Part shown: piece after piece, positions 43,677 to 53,584 of the stretch
Position numbering within the stretch: the stretch's first letter is position 1
Layout of the letters: the number at the start of each line of letters is the position of its first letter
Source of the DNA: Chthoniobacterales bacterium
GTDB lineage: Bacteria > Verrucomicrobiota > Verrucomicrobiia > Chthoniobacterales > UBA6821
Length of the DNA: 64,000 nucleotides
Reading direction: 5' to 3'
Assembly: GCA_049314455.1 (NCBI GenBank)
Contig: JBMOFC010000005.1
Location: 5,095-69,094, forward strand
Notes under the pieces: model-generated
What the model saw: only the letters and a program-made list of their open reading frames with translations
What the model was told of the DNA's origin: nothing
Databases searched by the model: none
Position numbers and translations under genes: made by a program

Positions 43677-44576
43677 TCAGCGTGAACTCACAATCTCGTC
43701 GATCTGCTCTAATGAGAGTTGAGCAGTTGTAGCAATATCTGCATTTGAAAGTCCAAGTTGTTTGAGTTTAACAATCATTTCCACTTTTGCCTTCCTCTCA
43801 CCCTCAGCTAAACCCTCAGCTAAACCCTCAGCTTTTCCTTCACTGAAAGAGGATTCTAAAGTGCTTCTAGAAATCCTCATATCTCCAATGTAGCGCTCAT
43901 AGGCATAGCGCTCTTCTTGTGAGAGATTAAGCAGAGTAAGTGTGTGCGAGGCTTCATGGATTCCTTTGGCTCTGAATTCAGGTTTTACTTCTGATTGGTT
44001 TAAAGCATAGATCCATTCATCGAGTGTATCTTTTATTTTAAGATCAAATCCGCTAATCTTCAGAACGTAGTATTCAGGGAAGACGCGGGAGACTTCGTTC
44101 ACACTTGTAGGGTAGTGCTCTTTTTCTTTTTCACTAAGCTCAAGCCGATCTTTTTTGTGAACTCCGCGAAAATCAGTCGTCCCATGGTAGATATAATCTT
44201 CTCCATGACCTAAGTCGAAGTAGACAATATTGACCGAGATGACGCGTGGGAGATTACCGTAAGGTTCTCCCTCTTTGAGGTGCTCCACCACGACTTTGGA
44301 AACGCCATAAAGCATACGTGAAAGGAAATCCCACTGCCTCTCACATTGAACTTCGATAATGACTTTTTCTCCACCGTTGAGTTGCGCCAAGACATCAACA
44401 CGGTTGGATCTATCCTTGGCATGTTGCTTATTAGACTCGCTCTCAAGCAACGAGATGATTTCGACATCGGTATAAAGCAATTCGGATAAAAATCCTTCGA
44501 GTATCGGAAAATTGGCTTTGCGGCGTAGGAGCGTCTTGATGGCCCAATCGAATTGAATGAGCTTTTTCGGTTTCAT
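43677..44576 (-). CDS. Rpn-family recombination-promoting nuclease / PD-(D/E)XK putative transposase
   Basis: RVDVLAQL.GGEKVIIEVQ core, conserved YVLKI...D..DEWIY.L motif, and C-terminal AEGLAEGLAEG...LGLS...I....LS.EQI tail, as recalled for PDDEXK_2/YhgA-like proteins. Confidence 0.7.
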   Translation of the reverse strand: MKPKKLIQFDWAIKTLLRRKANFPILEGFLSELLYTDVEIISLLESESNKQHAKDRSNRVDVLAQLNGGEKVIIEVQCERQWDFLSRMLYGVSKVVVEHLKEGEPYGNLPRVISVNIVYFDLGHGEDYIYHGTTDFRGVHKKDRLELSEKEKEHYPTSVNEVSRVFPEYYVLKISGFDLKIKDTLDEWIYALNQSEVKPEFRAKGIHEASHTLTLLNLSQEERYAYERYIGDMRISRSTLESSFSEGKAEGLAEGLAEGERKAKVEMIVKLKQLGLSNADIATTAQLSLEQIDEIVSSR

Positions 44577-44647
44577 AGGATTGGGGAGCCTAATCAAAAC
44601 TTGCAAGGAGTGTCAAATCCAATGAGAGAAAGCACTCAGAAGACACG

Positions 44648-45463
44648 TCAAAAAATCCAACGAAGGATTCTACTCATAAGCTCCGTAATCATATAGAGCA
44701 CAAAGAGAATGCCCGTGATCCAAAAACTGGGAGGTTGATTTGTAAAGCATGCTAAGAGAATTCCGCTCCAAACAGCAACGAGTCCGATAAGGAGTGAAAG
44801 AAAAATTGTTTTCCAAAAAGAGTGGCAAAGCCGCGTTGCAATTCCAGCAGGAGCAATGAGCAAGGTGAAAACGAGCAAGGTCCCAACGACTTGACTCACC
44901 AGCGTTACGCTGATGGCCAAAATGATCATGAATGCTGTGGAGAGAAAGGTGAGTGATAATCCTCGTGATTCTGCCAGATCAGGTTGAATACTTGCGAAGA
45001 GCAGAGGCCTGGAAAAAAGCGCTAAGAGGCTTAAACTGAGCATGGCAAGCAAGGCTGTTTCCAACACCTGAGCATGCGAGACCCCAAAAATATTCCCAAA
45101 AAGAATCGAAGTCGCCTCTCCTGCAAAGCCCTGATAAAGCGACAAGAAGAGGGTTCCAAGGCCAAGCGAAATCGAGAGGACCATGCCAATGGCGAGTTCA
45201 CTTCGATTCACTTTATTTCCTGAAACTCCCATCGTCGTTCCTGCCAAAAAGTTGATGACCAACATCCCTTGCAATGGTGTCATTCCGAAGAGCATGGCTC
45301 CTGTTGCCCCCGCAAATCCAATATGCGCCAGGGCATGTGCTGCAAAACCGACATTACGGATGATCACGAAATACCCAACAATGGATCCAAGAATAGCGGT
45401 AATGGAGCCTGCCATCAGTGCATTTTGGACAAAGTCGTAAGAGAGGTAGTTAGTGCCAAACAT
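44648..45463 (-). CDS. metal (Zn/Mn) ABC transporter permease, ABC-3 family
   Basis: 8-9 TM helices, ZnuB/TroC-like. In a cluster with an ATPase and a cluster-9 binding protein. Confidence 0.8.
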   Translation of the reverse strand: MFGTNYLSYDFVQNALMAGSITAILGSIVGYFVIIRNVGFAAHALAHIGFAGATGAMLFGMTPLQGMLVINFLAGTTMGVSGNKVNRSELAIGMVLSISLGLGTLFLSLYQGFAGEATSILFGNIFGVSHAQVLETALLAMLSLSLLALFSRPLLFASIQPDLAESRGLSLTFLSTAFMIILAISVTLVSQVVGTLLVFTLLIAPAGIATRLCHSFWKTIFLSLLIGLVAVWSGILLACFTNQPPSFWITGILFVLYMITELMSRILRWIF

Positions 45464-45559
45464 GATTGTAAGTTAATGCCTTTTAAAAGCAGTTTGGTAA
45501 CTGCTCAGGTCACACATGAAAATGGGTTTCATGTGTGATCAAAAGATGTGCAGTGCCAA

Positions 45560-45743
45560 GTTTAGGAATTTAGGATACAGCAGTAGTAAAAATTTGAATT
45601 TTAAAACATTCATTTGTGGCGCAACCAAATCATTTTTGAATCTAAAAAGCAACTTTCACTCATTTTTTAAACTTCTAAACAAAAACAATCATTTGCAGAT
45701 TTCAATTTTCTTTTTAAGAACACACCCCTGCTGAGTAGTTACG
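45560..45743. repeat. family F element inside the metal-transporter operon
   Basis: GTTTAGGAATTTAGGATACAGCAG...AAATCATTTTTGAATCTAAAAAGCAACTTTCACTCATTTTTTAAACTTCTAAAC, plus a flank shared with 28808-28868. Confidence 0.75.
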
Positions 45744-45761
45744 CAGTTTTTTTTAGTTACG

Positions 45762-46553
45762 TCATCCATGTGAGCAAGTCGTTTCATCAATATTATTTTC
45801 TGCATTAACAATAAAAAGTCGTCCTTCTGCCCGGAGAACATGGATGTTCATTCCATAAAGAGCACTGAGTGATTCATTGGAAATAATTTCTTCAACACTT
45901 CCCAAGGCCACCTTGCCTTGCGCCAAATACATGACACGCGTCATTGCCCCTAGCAGCGGGTTCACATCATGAGCAATGAAAAGAATCGTGAGGCCTGTCT
46001 CTTCACGAATGTGGAGAATACGCTGCACCAAGAGGACCTGATTTTTGGGGTCGAGACTGGCTAGCGGTTCATCGAGAATCAGCAGCCTGGGTTGATCAAT
46101 GAGTGCTTGTGCAAGCATCACTCGTTTTTTTTCTCCTCCTGAAAGCTGGCAAAAGGGAGCATCTGCATACTCCCTTGCTCCGGCTAATTCTAAGGAACGC
46201 TCCACCTGACGGGCGGCTTGAGAAGAGGGCCATGGAATCCCCCATTGTTCACCATGATGCACAGCGGCCACAAGGGCTCGCGCGGTGAGCGAGGTAGTCT
46301 CCAAAAAACTCTGCGATTGGGGCAAATAACCAATGCAGTGATTTGCTTTTCCAGGCGGCTCCCCAAAAAGACGGATCGATCCGCAGTGAAGTGGGCAAAG
46401 CCCCAGAATCGCGCGCATAAGTGTGGACTTGCCAACACCATTGGGCCCAAAAATACCGATAAATTCTCCCTCGGCAATCTCCGCAGAAAAATCACGAATA
46501 ACATCTCGCTCACCAAAGCGTATTCCAACATTCTGAAAAGAAAAGAGGGACAT
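45762..46553 (-). CDS. metal ABC transporter ATP-binding protein (ZnuC-like)
   Basis: Walker A GPNGVGKST, signature LSGGEKKR, Walker B LLILDEP. Confidence 0.85.
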   Translation of the reverse strand: MSLFSFQNVGIRFGERDVIRDFSAEIAEGEFIGIFGPNGVGKSTLMRAILGLCPLHCGSIRLFGEPPGKANHCIGYLPQSQSFLETTSLTARALVAAVHHGEQWGIPWPSSQAARQVERSLELAGAREYADAPFCQLSGGEKKRVMLAQALIDQPRLLILDEPLASLDPKNQVLLVQRILHIREETGLTILFIAHDVNPLLGAMTRVMYLAQGKVALGSVEEIISNESLSALYGMNIHVLRAEGRLFIVNAENNIDETTCSHG

Positions 46554-46602
46554 AGGGAAAAAGTTTCAGGTATCAAACAAAAGTATCATTCCACTTCAAC
46601 AT

Positions 46603-47442
46603 TCAATCCACTCTAAGAGAAGTCTCTATCTCTTTCAACTGCGAGAGCATCCAAGCAACGTAGGTTTTGGCATTGGCGGGTTGAGTCTCAGTGATGCCAA
46701 TGACAGGGATGTGATGTTCTTGTGCGATCGCGATCATCTTTTGTGTAGAAGGATTCATCGTTTGGCTGTTTTGAAAAAGAAGTTTTGCTGTATTACTGAT
46801 CAGGCTTTTTTCAAAGTTCACTGTTTCTTGAAAACTAGGTGTGGCATCGTTCATGATAGCCCATTGATATCCTTCGTTGAGCATGCGAAATCCTAATGCA
46901 GAAGCCATATAGCCAAAGACCGGTTCGGTTGCTGTCACCTTCATGCCTACCGTTTTTATTTTTAAAGTTGCGATTTTTTCAAGAAGCGGTTTCATCGAAG
47001 CAGAAAAAGCCACTTCTCCTTCCGGTTTTTTTAAAACAAGAGCAAGCTTTGTTGCAAGAGCAGGCATGGTTTTGGGATCATACCAGAGATGCGGATTGGC
47101 TCCTTTTTTTGCCCCAACAAGCTGGGCTACATTAATGATAATCCGATTCGATGTTTTATCTGCACTCAATAATTTTTCCATCCATGTGTCGTAACCGAGG
47201 CCGTTGTAAATAATGATATCAGCATCGGCCACTGCTTTTGCTGTTTTGGCATCGGCTTGAAATTCATGTGGATCTTGATTCGGATTACTCATGATGCTCA
47301 CGACGTTTACGGAGGAACCAGAAACTTGTTGCGCCACGCTACCATAAAAATTTTCTGCTGCCACAATCTGAAGTGGTTTGGCATGGAGTCCCAATGAAGT
47401 GAGGAAGATAGTAAGGAAGAAAAAACTATTTTTAAAATGCAT
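46603..47442 (-). CDS. metal ABC transporter substrate-binding protein (ZnuA/TroA-like)
   Basis: Signal peptide, cluster-9 SBP pattern (VVSIMSNPNQDPHEFQ, NPHLWYDP). Confidence 0.8.
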   Translation of the reverse strand: MHFKNSFFFLTIFLTSLGLHAKPLQIVAAENFYGSVAQQVSGSSVNVVSIMSNPNQDPHEFQADAKTAKAVADADIIIYNGLGYDTWMEKLLSADKTSNRIIINVAQLVGAKKGANPHLWYDPKTMPALATKLALVLKKPEGEVAFSASMKPLLEKIATLKIKTVGMKVTATEPVFGYMASALGFRMLNEGYQWAIMNDATPSFQETVNFEKSLISNTAKLLFQNSQTMNPSTQKMIAIAQEHHIPVIGITETQPANAKTYVAWMLSQLKEIETSLRVD

Positions 47443-47550
47443 GGGATAAAATTATTTTTAAATTTAAGGCGCCTCATCATCTTGATCAGGCATAAGGCAT
47501 AAACTCTAATAAACCTGTCAAGAGGGAGATGCTACGTTGAGGGACTTTTA

Positions 47551-47832
47551 ACCCAGATATTTCATGTTGATTCGACGCAAGGCGTCGCGCAGCTTGAGGG
47601 AACAAGGCGGGCGATGAGTTGCACCGTTCCCGCCTTCGCGGGAATGACGTGGCTGTATATGTACATATTGACTTGCTTGGCAAAGCTCGTCTCGCCCCTT
47701 TGGGGCTTTCCTTCAGAAAGTCTATCCAGCGCTCTCCCGAGCAGCTGCATTGCCCGAGGAGCAATTAGAGACCAACGCAGTCCCCATCAGGCTCTCACAA
47801 GCTGCAGCAGAATCAGTATGAAATATCCGGGT
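47551..47832. repeat. family C palindromic element (inverted relative to 14297-14497)
   Basis: ACCCAGATATTTCATG...CAGTATGAAATATCCGGGT with a central GTTCCCGCCTTCGCGGGAATGACGTGG hairpin. Confidence 0.75.
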
Positions 47833-47888
47833 CAGGATGATGCTTGAGCAGTCACCCCAAAATTCCCTTAGCTCAGAGTCATTCAACG

Positions 47889-49415
47889 CTAATGCCTAAA
47901 ATGCCGCACTCCCGTAAAAACCATCGCAAGCCCACGTTCATTGGCAGCAGCAATCACTTCAGGATCACGCACAGAACCACCTGGTTGGATAGCGGCTGTG
48001 GCACCTGCTTCTGCAGCGGCAATCAGACCATCGGAAAAAGGAAAGAAAGCATCGCTGCAGACAACACTTCCCTGGAGTGAAAGACCTGCCTCTGCAGCCT
48101 TCCAAACAGCAATACGAGAAGCATCGACACGTGACATTTGACCAGCCCCGATTCCTAGTGTGCGATCTCGGCCCACGTAGACAATCGCATTACTCTTGAC
48201 ATGCTTGACAACCTTCCATCCAAATTCCATCGCCTCGAGCTCTTCTCGTGTGGGCGGTCGTTCCGTGACGACACGTTGCTCCATCGTTCCAACCTTATTC
48301 CAAGGATCGATGTCGGCATCTTGCAACAAGATTCCACCAATCACGGAGCGAAGATCACGGTCTGTTGGGGGAACCGTTTTCAAGAGTCGCATAAGACGAA
48401 GATTTTTTTTCTTCTGCAACAACGCACGTGCTTCTCCATGAAATTCTGGAGCGATAATGACTTCGCTAAAAATTTCTGAAATGGCATGCGCTAATGGTTC
48501 ATCGATCGGTCGATTCACAATGATAATGCCTCCAAAGGGAGCAGATCGATCTGTTGCAAAAGCTTTTTCCCAAGCCTCACAGAGATCGGAATCACTAGCC
48601 ACGCCGCAGGGATTGGTATGCTTGAGGATCGCAATAGTGGGCTTTTCAAATTCTGCGATGAGATGTGTAGCCGCAGTGATATCGAGAATGTTGTTAAAAG
48701 AAAGTTCTTTGCCATGAAGTTTTTCAAAATAGTCAAAGAAATGACCATAGAGCTCGGCTTCTTGATGGGGATTCTCACCGTAACGCAGGCGACACACTTG
48801 AGGGACCTTTAACGAAAAAGAATCGGAGGGAACCACCTCTCCATCGAGGTAAGAGCTAATCGCATAATCATAGGCAGCTGTTGTGGAAAAGGCTTTGGTG
48901 GCTAACCGAGCACGTAGTTCTGGAGTCGTGGAACCATGATTGTTAGCCATGGCTTCCAAAACACGTGGATAATCATCTGGATCGACCACCACGGTCACGG
49001 AAGCATGATTTTTAGAAGCGCTACGGATCATCGAAGGTCCACCAATATCAATTTGTTCGAGTGCTTGTTCGAGCGTAGTTCCTTTTTTCGCAATGGTTTC
49101 GACAAAGGGATAGAGATTCACACAGACCAAATCGATGGGCAGAATGCCATGTTCCTGCGCTTCGGCACAATGTGTTGGATGATCACGGCGATAGAGCAAA
49201 CCGCCATGAACTTTGGGATGAAGCGTCTTCACGCGTCCCTCCAGCATTTCAGGAAGTCCTGTAAAATCAGAAATTTCCGTCACAGGAATACCAGCGGCTT
49301 GTAATACTTTGGCTGTACCGCCAGTAGAAATCAATTCCACTTGCTGGGCGATAAGACCTCTGGCGAAATCAAGAAGACCTGTTTTATTGGAGACGGAAAG
49401 AAGAGCACGTTGCAT
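47889..49415 (-). CDS. purH: bifunctional AICAR formyltransferase / IMP cyclohydrolase
   Basis: [21 protein letters not shown] and C-terminal GGSVRD...[14 protein letters not shown] motifs. Confidence 0.92.
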   Translation of the reverse strand: MQRALLSVSNKTGLLDFARGLIAQQVELISTGGTAKVLQAAGIPVTEISDFTGLPEMLEGRVKTLHPKVHGGLLYRRDHPTHCAEAQEHGILPIDLVCVNLYPFVETIAKKGTTLEQALEQIDIGGPSMIRSASKNHASVTVVVDPDDYPRVLEAMANNHGSTTPELRARLATKAFSTTAAYDYAISSYLDGEVVPSDSFSLKVPQVCRLRYGENPHQEAELYGHFFDYFEKLHGKELSFNNILDITAATHLIAEFEKPTIAILKHTNPCGVASDSDLCEAWEKAFATDRSAPFGGIIIVNRPIDEPLAHAISEIFSEVIIAPEFHGEARALLQKKKNLRLMRLLKTVPPTDRDLRSVIGGILLQDADIDPWNKVGTMEQRVVTERPPTREELEAMEFGWKVVKHVKSNAIVYVGRDRTLGIGAGQMSRVDASRIAVWKAAEAGLSLQGSVVCSDAFFPFSDGLIAAAEAGATAAIQPGGSVRDPEVIAAANERGLAMVFTGVRHFRH

Positions 49416-49596
49416 AAGTTGGAAGAATCTCAATTTTTACAAAAAAATTTAAGTTGAGTTGAAGTGAAAAGTTAAAGTTGAAGCAAAGTTTTGAGCTGTT
49501 AGCGCTATTTATCGATGTTATCTGAGATTTTAAATAAGATACCATAAATAAAAATAATAGAATTCTTGTGACTATCAACGTAGCTAACACAGAGAA

Positions 49597-49660
49597 GAAT
49601 TCACCACAAAGAACACAAAACCGCTAAAGAGGCACACAAAAAACAGAAAGATAAAATTTT
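49597..49660. repeat. family K repeat
   Basis: GAATTCACCACAAAGAACACAAAACCGCTAAAGAGGCACACAAAAAACAGAAAGATAAAATTTT is the reverse complement of 17761-17826. Confidence 0.65.
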
Positions 49661-49723
49661 GGTAACAGCGCAGGTATCTAAAAAAAGCTAGCTATCTCAA
49701 TTTGTTACTATCGTCTATTTCCA

Positions 49724-50084
49724 GGTTTAGGAGTGTAGGGGTTGAGAAGTTTAGAAAATGAGTGAAAGTTGCTTTGTATTCGTTCAGGTAAGCGGAACGC
49801 ACCCGTTCAGGGAACAGCTAATGCTGAAGACGAAAGGGCAGAGAGTCGAATACTCGATGAATAAATTGATCTGCGATTATCAGCATTAGATTCAAACGAT
49901 TGTTTCTTCCTTCTAAAGTGAACTTGCCTATAGCCTACAGCCTTATCCGTTCCTGTGAACGGATACGTTGCTTTTTAGATTCAAAAATGATTTGGTTTCG
50001 CCACAAATGAATTTTTTAAAATTCAAATTTTTACTACTGCTGTATCCTAAACCCCTAAACTCCTAAACTTCTAAACCTCTAACC
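49724..50084. repeat. family F element expanded by an internal family I/H insertion
   Basis: Arms GGTTTAGGAGTGTAGGGGTTGAGAAGTTTAG and CTAAACCCCTAAACTCCTAAACTTCTAAACCTCTAACC. The interior (about 49800-49965) is the inverted counterpart of 63526-63700. Confidence 0.7.
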
Positions 50085-50199
50085 ATCTCACTCTCGATAT
50101 GTTTTGTCATGGAACTAAATTTTTATTTTGGACAAGAGTGAAATCACCTCATTTTTAAAAAGAGCTTGTATTTTGTTTTCATTCTGATTGTGTTGCCTA

Positions 50200-51606
50200 A
50201 TGCAACCATCTCATTCCAAACCAAATTCAATCGTTTATTTTATTGGCTTTACGGCAGCACTGGCAGGTCTTCTTTTTGGACTTGATATCGGAGTTATCTC
50301 CGGCGCCCTGGAGTTTATTCAAAAAGATTTCAGCGTCAGTGATCAGACGCTCGAATTAATCGTGAGCGCGTTGCTATGGGGTGCTGTTTTTGGAACATTT
50401 ATTTCAGGCATTCTTTCCAAGCAACTTGGACGCAAAAAAACTATGCTAGTGAGTGCCTTCATTTTTGTTATAGGCTCCCTTTATTGCTCTATCAGCACTT
50501 CTGCTCATGAGCTCATTGGAGCGCGCTTTCTGCTGGGTATTGCTGTGGGAGTCGCTTCCTTTACAGCTCCGCTTTATCTGTCAGAAATTTCTCCACAGCG
50601 AGTCCGTGGAAGTATGATTTCTATGTACCAACTCATGATCACCATCGGAATCATGCTAGCCTATTTCAGTAATATGTTTTTTGGAACAACTGCGGTCATC
50701 GATCATCAAATAGGAGGACATTGGCGCGTTATGTTAGGGGTGATTGCGTTTCCTGCTATTTTGATGTTTTTAGGAATGCTCCTCCTTCCAGAAAGTCCAC
50801 GTTGGCTTTTTCTTAACGGCTTTCATGAACGAGGTGCCGATGTTTTCCGAAAAATGCTCCTTCCAGAAGAAGAAATTGCCCGTGAGGTTGCAGAAATCGA
50901 AAACAATCTACGACAAAAACAAAACGGCTTTCATTTGCTTTTTAGCAATTCTCATTTTCGCCGTGCTATTTTTCTTGGTATTGCCCTTCAATTTATTCAA
51001 CAGCTAACCGGCATTAATGTTGTCATGTACTATGCTCCGCGTATTTTTAAGATTGCTGGCTTTGCGAGTACTTCAGGGCAGATGTGGGGAACCATTATTG
51101 TCGGTATTACCAATATGCTAGCGACCTTCATTGCCATTGCTTTTGTGGATAAGCTCGGTCGCAAACCAATGATGTATGCTGGCTTCGTAGTCATGGGCCT
51201 TTCGATGTTAGCCGTGGGAGCTTTTTTTAATATGAACCTCGAGCAATCTCCTGTTCTTGGCTACTATGCCATCACAGCATTACTACTTTTTATCATTGGC
51301 TTTGCTATGAGCGCAGGTCCCATCATTTGGATCATCTGTTCGGAAATTTTTCCGCTGGGAGGACGTGATCTTGGAATTACCTTTAGCACTTCAGCAAATT
51401 GGATTTCCAATGCCATTATTGGAGGAACCTTTTTAACAATGCTTTCTAAATTAGGAAATGGGAATACGTTTCTCTGTTACGGTGGTATTCAAGCCCTATT
51501 TATCCTTTTCTTTATTCTCTTTGTTCCTGAAACCAAAGGAGTCTCTCTAGAACATATTGAAAGCAATTTGCTCTCTGGAAAATCACTTCGGAAGATAGGG
51601 AAGTAA
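50200..51606 (+). CDS. MFS sugar porter (GalP/XylE-like sugar:H+ symporter)
   Basis: GFLFGLDIGVISGA, GRKKTM, PESPRWL and PETKG signatures. 12 TM helices. Confidence 0.85.
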   Translation: MQPSHSKPNSIVYFIGFTAALAGLLFGLDIGVISGALEFIQKDFSVSDQTLELIVSALLWGAVFGTFISGILSKQLGRKKTMLVSAFIFVIGSLYCSISTSAHELIGARFLLGIAVGVASFTAPLYLSEISPQRVRGSMISMYQLMITIGIMLAYFSNMFFGTTAVIDHQIGGHWRVMLGVIAFPAILMFLGMLLLPESPRWLFLNGFHERGADVFRKMLLPEEEIAREVAEIENNLRQKQNGFHLLFSNSHFRRAIFLGIALQFIQQLTGINVVMYYAPRIFKIAGFASTSGQMWGTIIVGITNMLATFIAIAFVDKLGRKPMMYAGFVVMGLSMLAVGAFFNMNLEQSPVLGYYAITALLLFIIGFAMSAGPIIWIICSEIFPLGGRDLGITFSTSANWISNAIIGGTFLTMLSKLGNGNTFLCYGGIQALFILFFILFVPETKGVSLEHIESNLLSGKSLRKIGK

Positions 51607-51698
51607 TTTGGGTTGCTTTTGCATCCAAAATTATTATTGAAGTGACAAGTTGAAGTCAAAACAGCAAAAAAGATAATTTGTTGTCGACTGCCTTATTT

Positions 51699-51866
51699 TA
51701 TAGTGTGTTAAATCGATAAAGGCACGCTATAAGCTGGATCTTTTCCCTTATGAATACGTTCTCAGATCTTACGTTATCTTCAGATAGCGCCTCAATCTTC
51801 GGCCCCCTTGTCCTAAGAAAAAATTTCAGCGCTTCTAGTGCGCCCTTTTCAATTTAAAACACTATA
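51699..51866. mobile_element. family D MITE, uninterrupted copy (D2)
   Basis: TA-TAGTGTGTTAAATCGATAAAGGCACGCTATAAGC...CAATTTAAAACACTA-TA. Confidence 0.8.
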
Positions 51867-51927
51867 TCTGAAGCCCGCAGTCTGCAGCCGTATTCATTCA
51901 CAGGAATGGAATAGGAAGATGAAAAAG

Positions 51928-52070
51928 TAGATTTCTTTCGAAATTCTACTGCTGATACGAACAACAGTATTGCTCCGGTGCTCGCGCCCTCGAGTACCTC
52001 TTTGTATACTGTGAGTCTGCGCGCCGAAGCGCCTTGTTCTTCATCATCAGCGAGTTTCGAAAGAAATCTA
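51928..52070 (-). mobile_element. family B MITE, intergenic copy (B2)
   Basis: TA-GATTTCTTTCGAAATTC...GAGTTTCGAAAGAAATC-TA. Its reverse complement aligns along the whole pyrF insert. Confidence 0.8.
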
Positions 52071-52174
52071 GTGTCGTAAAAGAAACGCAAGGAGAGCCAA
52101 AAAGTGAATTTTCGGTACCAGTTACCGAACAGATACGTTTTTGCTGCTTCAACTTCAACTTGTCACTTCAACTG

Positions 52175-52196
52175 TACTCGTTCTTATGAACGGGTA
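52175..52196 (-). repeat. family H hairpin containing the permease stop codon
   Basis: Minus strand reads ACC CGT TCA TAA, which encodes T-R-S-stop. Stem TACCCGTTC/GAACGAGTA. Confidence 0.7.
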
Positions 52197-53584
52197 TAGT
52201 TCTTATAAGCATAAAATCCCAACACAGGTAGGATCATGGCAATCACTCCACCAGAGAAAATTGTGAAATAATGCAGGTTGCTTCCAACGTCTATATTACT
52301 CGGAGGAATAAATCCGACGATTAGCGTGATGACACAGCCGATCAGTCCTAAAGAACAAGTGATTCCTGTGCCGAATAGACCACCAGGAATTTTGAAAAGA
52401 TGTTTTGGTACCACCATTTTTGTTTTTAGTTTTACGGCTGCTAAGAACATAAAAACATACATCAAGATATAAAGCTGTGTACTCAAGTCCGTGAGCAACC
52501 AATAAGAACCATTCACACTTGGCATCAGTCCCCAGGCAGAACAAATCAGGCTAACAATGACGGCTTGCGCAATGAGGATTCGAGCTGGCACGCCGTGACG
52601 ATTTTTAGCGGTGAAGAACAAAGGAAGGTATCCGCTTTCAGCAGCTTGCAAAATTCCTTTGGCAGGAGAAATGATATAACCAACCATTCCTGATAAACAA
52701 CCAAAGAGAATCATGAGTACGACTGCTGGAATGAGAAACTTCATATGATAGGCATCAGAAAAAATAGTGAAAATTTGCATCACTCCGTCGACTAAATTGA
52801 TTTGATCTAGCGGTACCACAAGGGCAAAACTAAGTGCTCCAAGGATCATAGATGTTAAAATAATGACTACGGCAAAGAAAAGGGCTCTTGGAAAACTTTT
52901 TTCGGGAGTCTTGACTTCGTTGATATGTACGGTTGCGAGCTCTATTCCAATAAGAGAAGCCATGATGGCTGTGATGGCGGTTAGCGAAGAAAAACTTCCA
53001 GCTCCATAAAAACAAGGGAGAAGGTTGTGCAGATTAAAATGAATTTGAATCGGCTTTCCTAAAAATATCCAAACCGCAGCAAAGATAATGATTAGAAAAA
53101 TAGAAGTGAGGGTTCCTAAAACGGAAAAAATCGTCGCAAAGGAAGCAGAACGGTGAATTCCAAAGAGGTTGAGCATGGTCATTCCCCAAAACACGACGAT
53201 AATCACACTCACAAGATATGTTTTATTATTTGCTAGTTCTGGATTGAAAAAGTAGGTCGCTGTCGCTGCAATAAAGGAGAGAATGGTGGGAAACCAAACA
53301 AGCGTATTGATCCATTGAAGCCAAATGGCGATCAGGCCAACCTTGGGCCCAAAAGCTAAACAGGTCCAATGATAAATGCCTCCACTCCCTCTATATTCTG
53401 TGGAAGCAGAGGAGAGCTGTGCTGAAACTAAAGCGACTGGAATCAAAAAAATAACTGCTGAGAGAAAACAGTAGAAAACAAGTGTCGTGCCAAAAAGAGC
53501 TATTTGAGGAAGGTTTCTGACGTTATCAATAGCACTAATAATTAATAAGGTAAGCGTTAGCTGAGTGAGTTGTTTGGCTCTCAT
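52184..53584 (-). CDS. APC-superfamily amino acid permease (glutamate:GABA antiporter-like subfamily)
   Basis: 12 TM helices. The N-terminal AKQLTQLTLTLLIISAIDNVRNLP resembles the GadC-type start. Confidence 0.75.
   Translation of the reverse strand: MRAKQLTQLTLTLLIISAIDNVRNLPQIALFGTTLVFYCFLSAVIFLIPVALVSAQLSSASTEYRGSGGIYHWTCLAFGPKVGLIAIWLQWINTLVWFPTILSFIAATATYFFNPELANNKTYLVSVIIVVFWGMTMLNLFGIHRSASFATIFSVLGTLTSIFLIIIFAAVWIFLGKPIQIHFNLHNLLPCFYGAGSFSSLTAITAIMASLIGIELATVHINEVKTPEKSFPRALFFAVVIILTSMILGALSFALVVPLDQINLVDGVMQIFTIFSDAYHMKFLIPAVVLMILFGCLSGMVGYIISPAKGILQAAESGYLPLFFTAKNRHGVPARILIAQAVIVSLICSAWGLMPSVNGSYWLLTDLSTQLYILMYVFMFLAAVKLKTKMVVPKHLFKIPGGLFGTGITCSLGLIGCVITLIVGFIPPSNIDVGSNLHYFTIFSGGVIAMILPVLGFYAYKNYTRS

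Larger units (their letters stand above)
51637..52171. mobile_element. composite family G element containing D2, a short palindrome and B2
   Basis: TTGAAGTGACAAGTTGAAGTCAAAACAGCAAAAA ... TTTTTGCTGCTTCAACTTCAACTTGTCACTTCAA, about 34-nt inverted arms. Confidence 0.7.

Noticed and set aside
43677-44576. The Rpn-type protein as the transposase mobilising the MITE families.
   Set aside because: The element ends and TA duplications point to an IS630/Tc1-mariner-type DDE transposase. Rpn proteins are PD-(D/E)XK nucleases not known to produce TA duplications. No terminal inverted repeat of any MITE family flanks this gene.
47600-47650. Resemblance of the family C core (TTCCCGCCTTCGCGGGAATGAC) to the Neisseria dRS3/RS3 ATTCCCGC..GCGGGAAT repeats.
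   Set aside because: It is only a short GC-rich palindrome. The flanks and element architecture differ, so homology cannot be claimed from about 20 nt.
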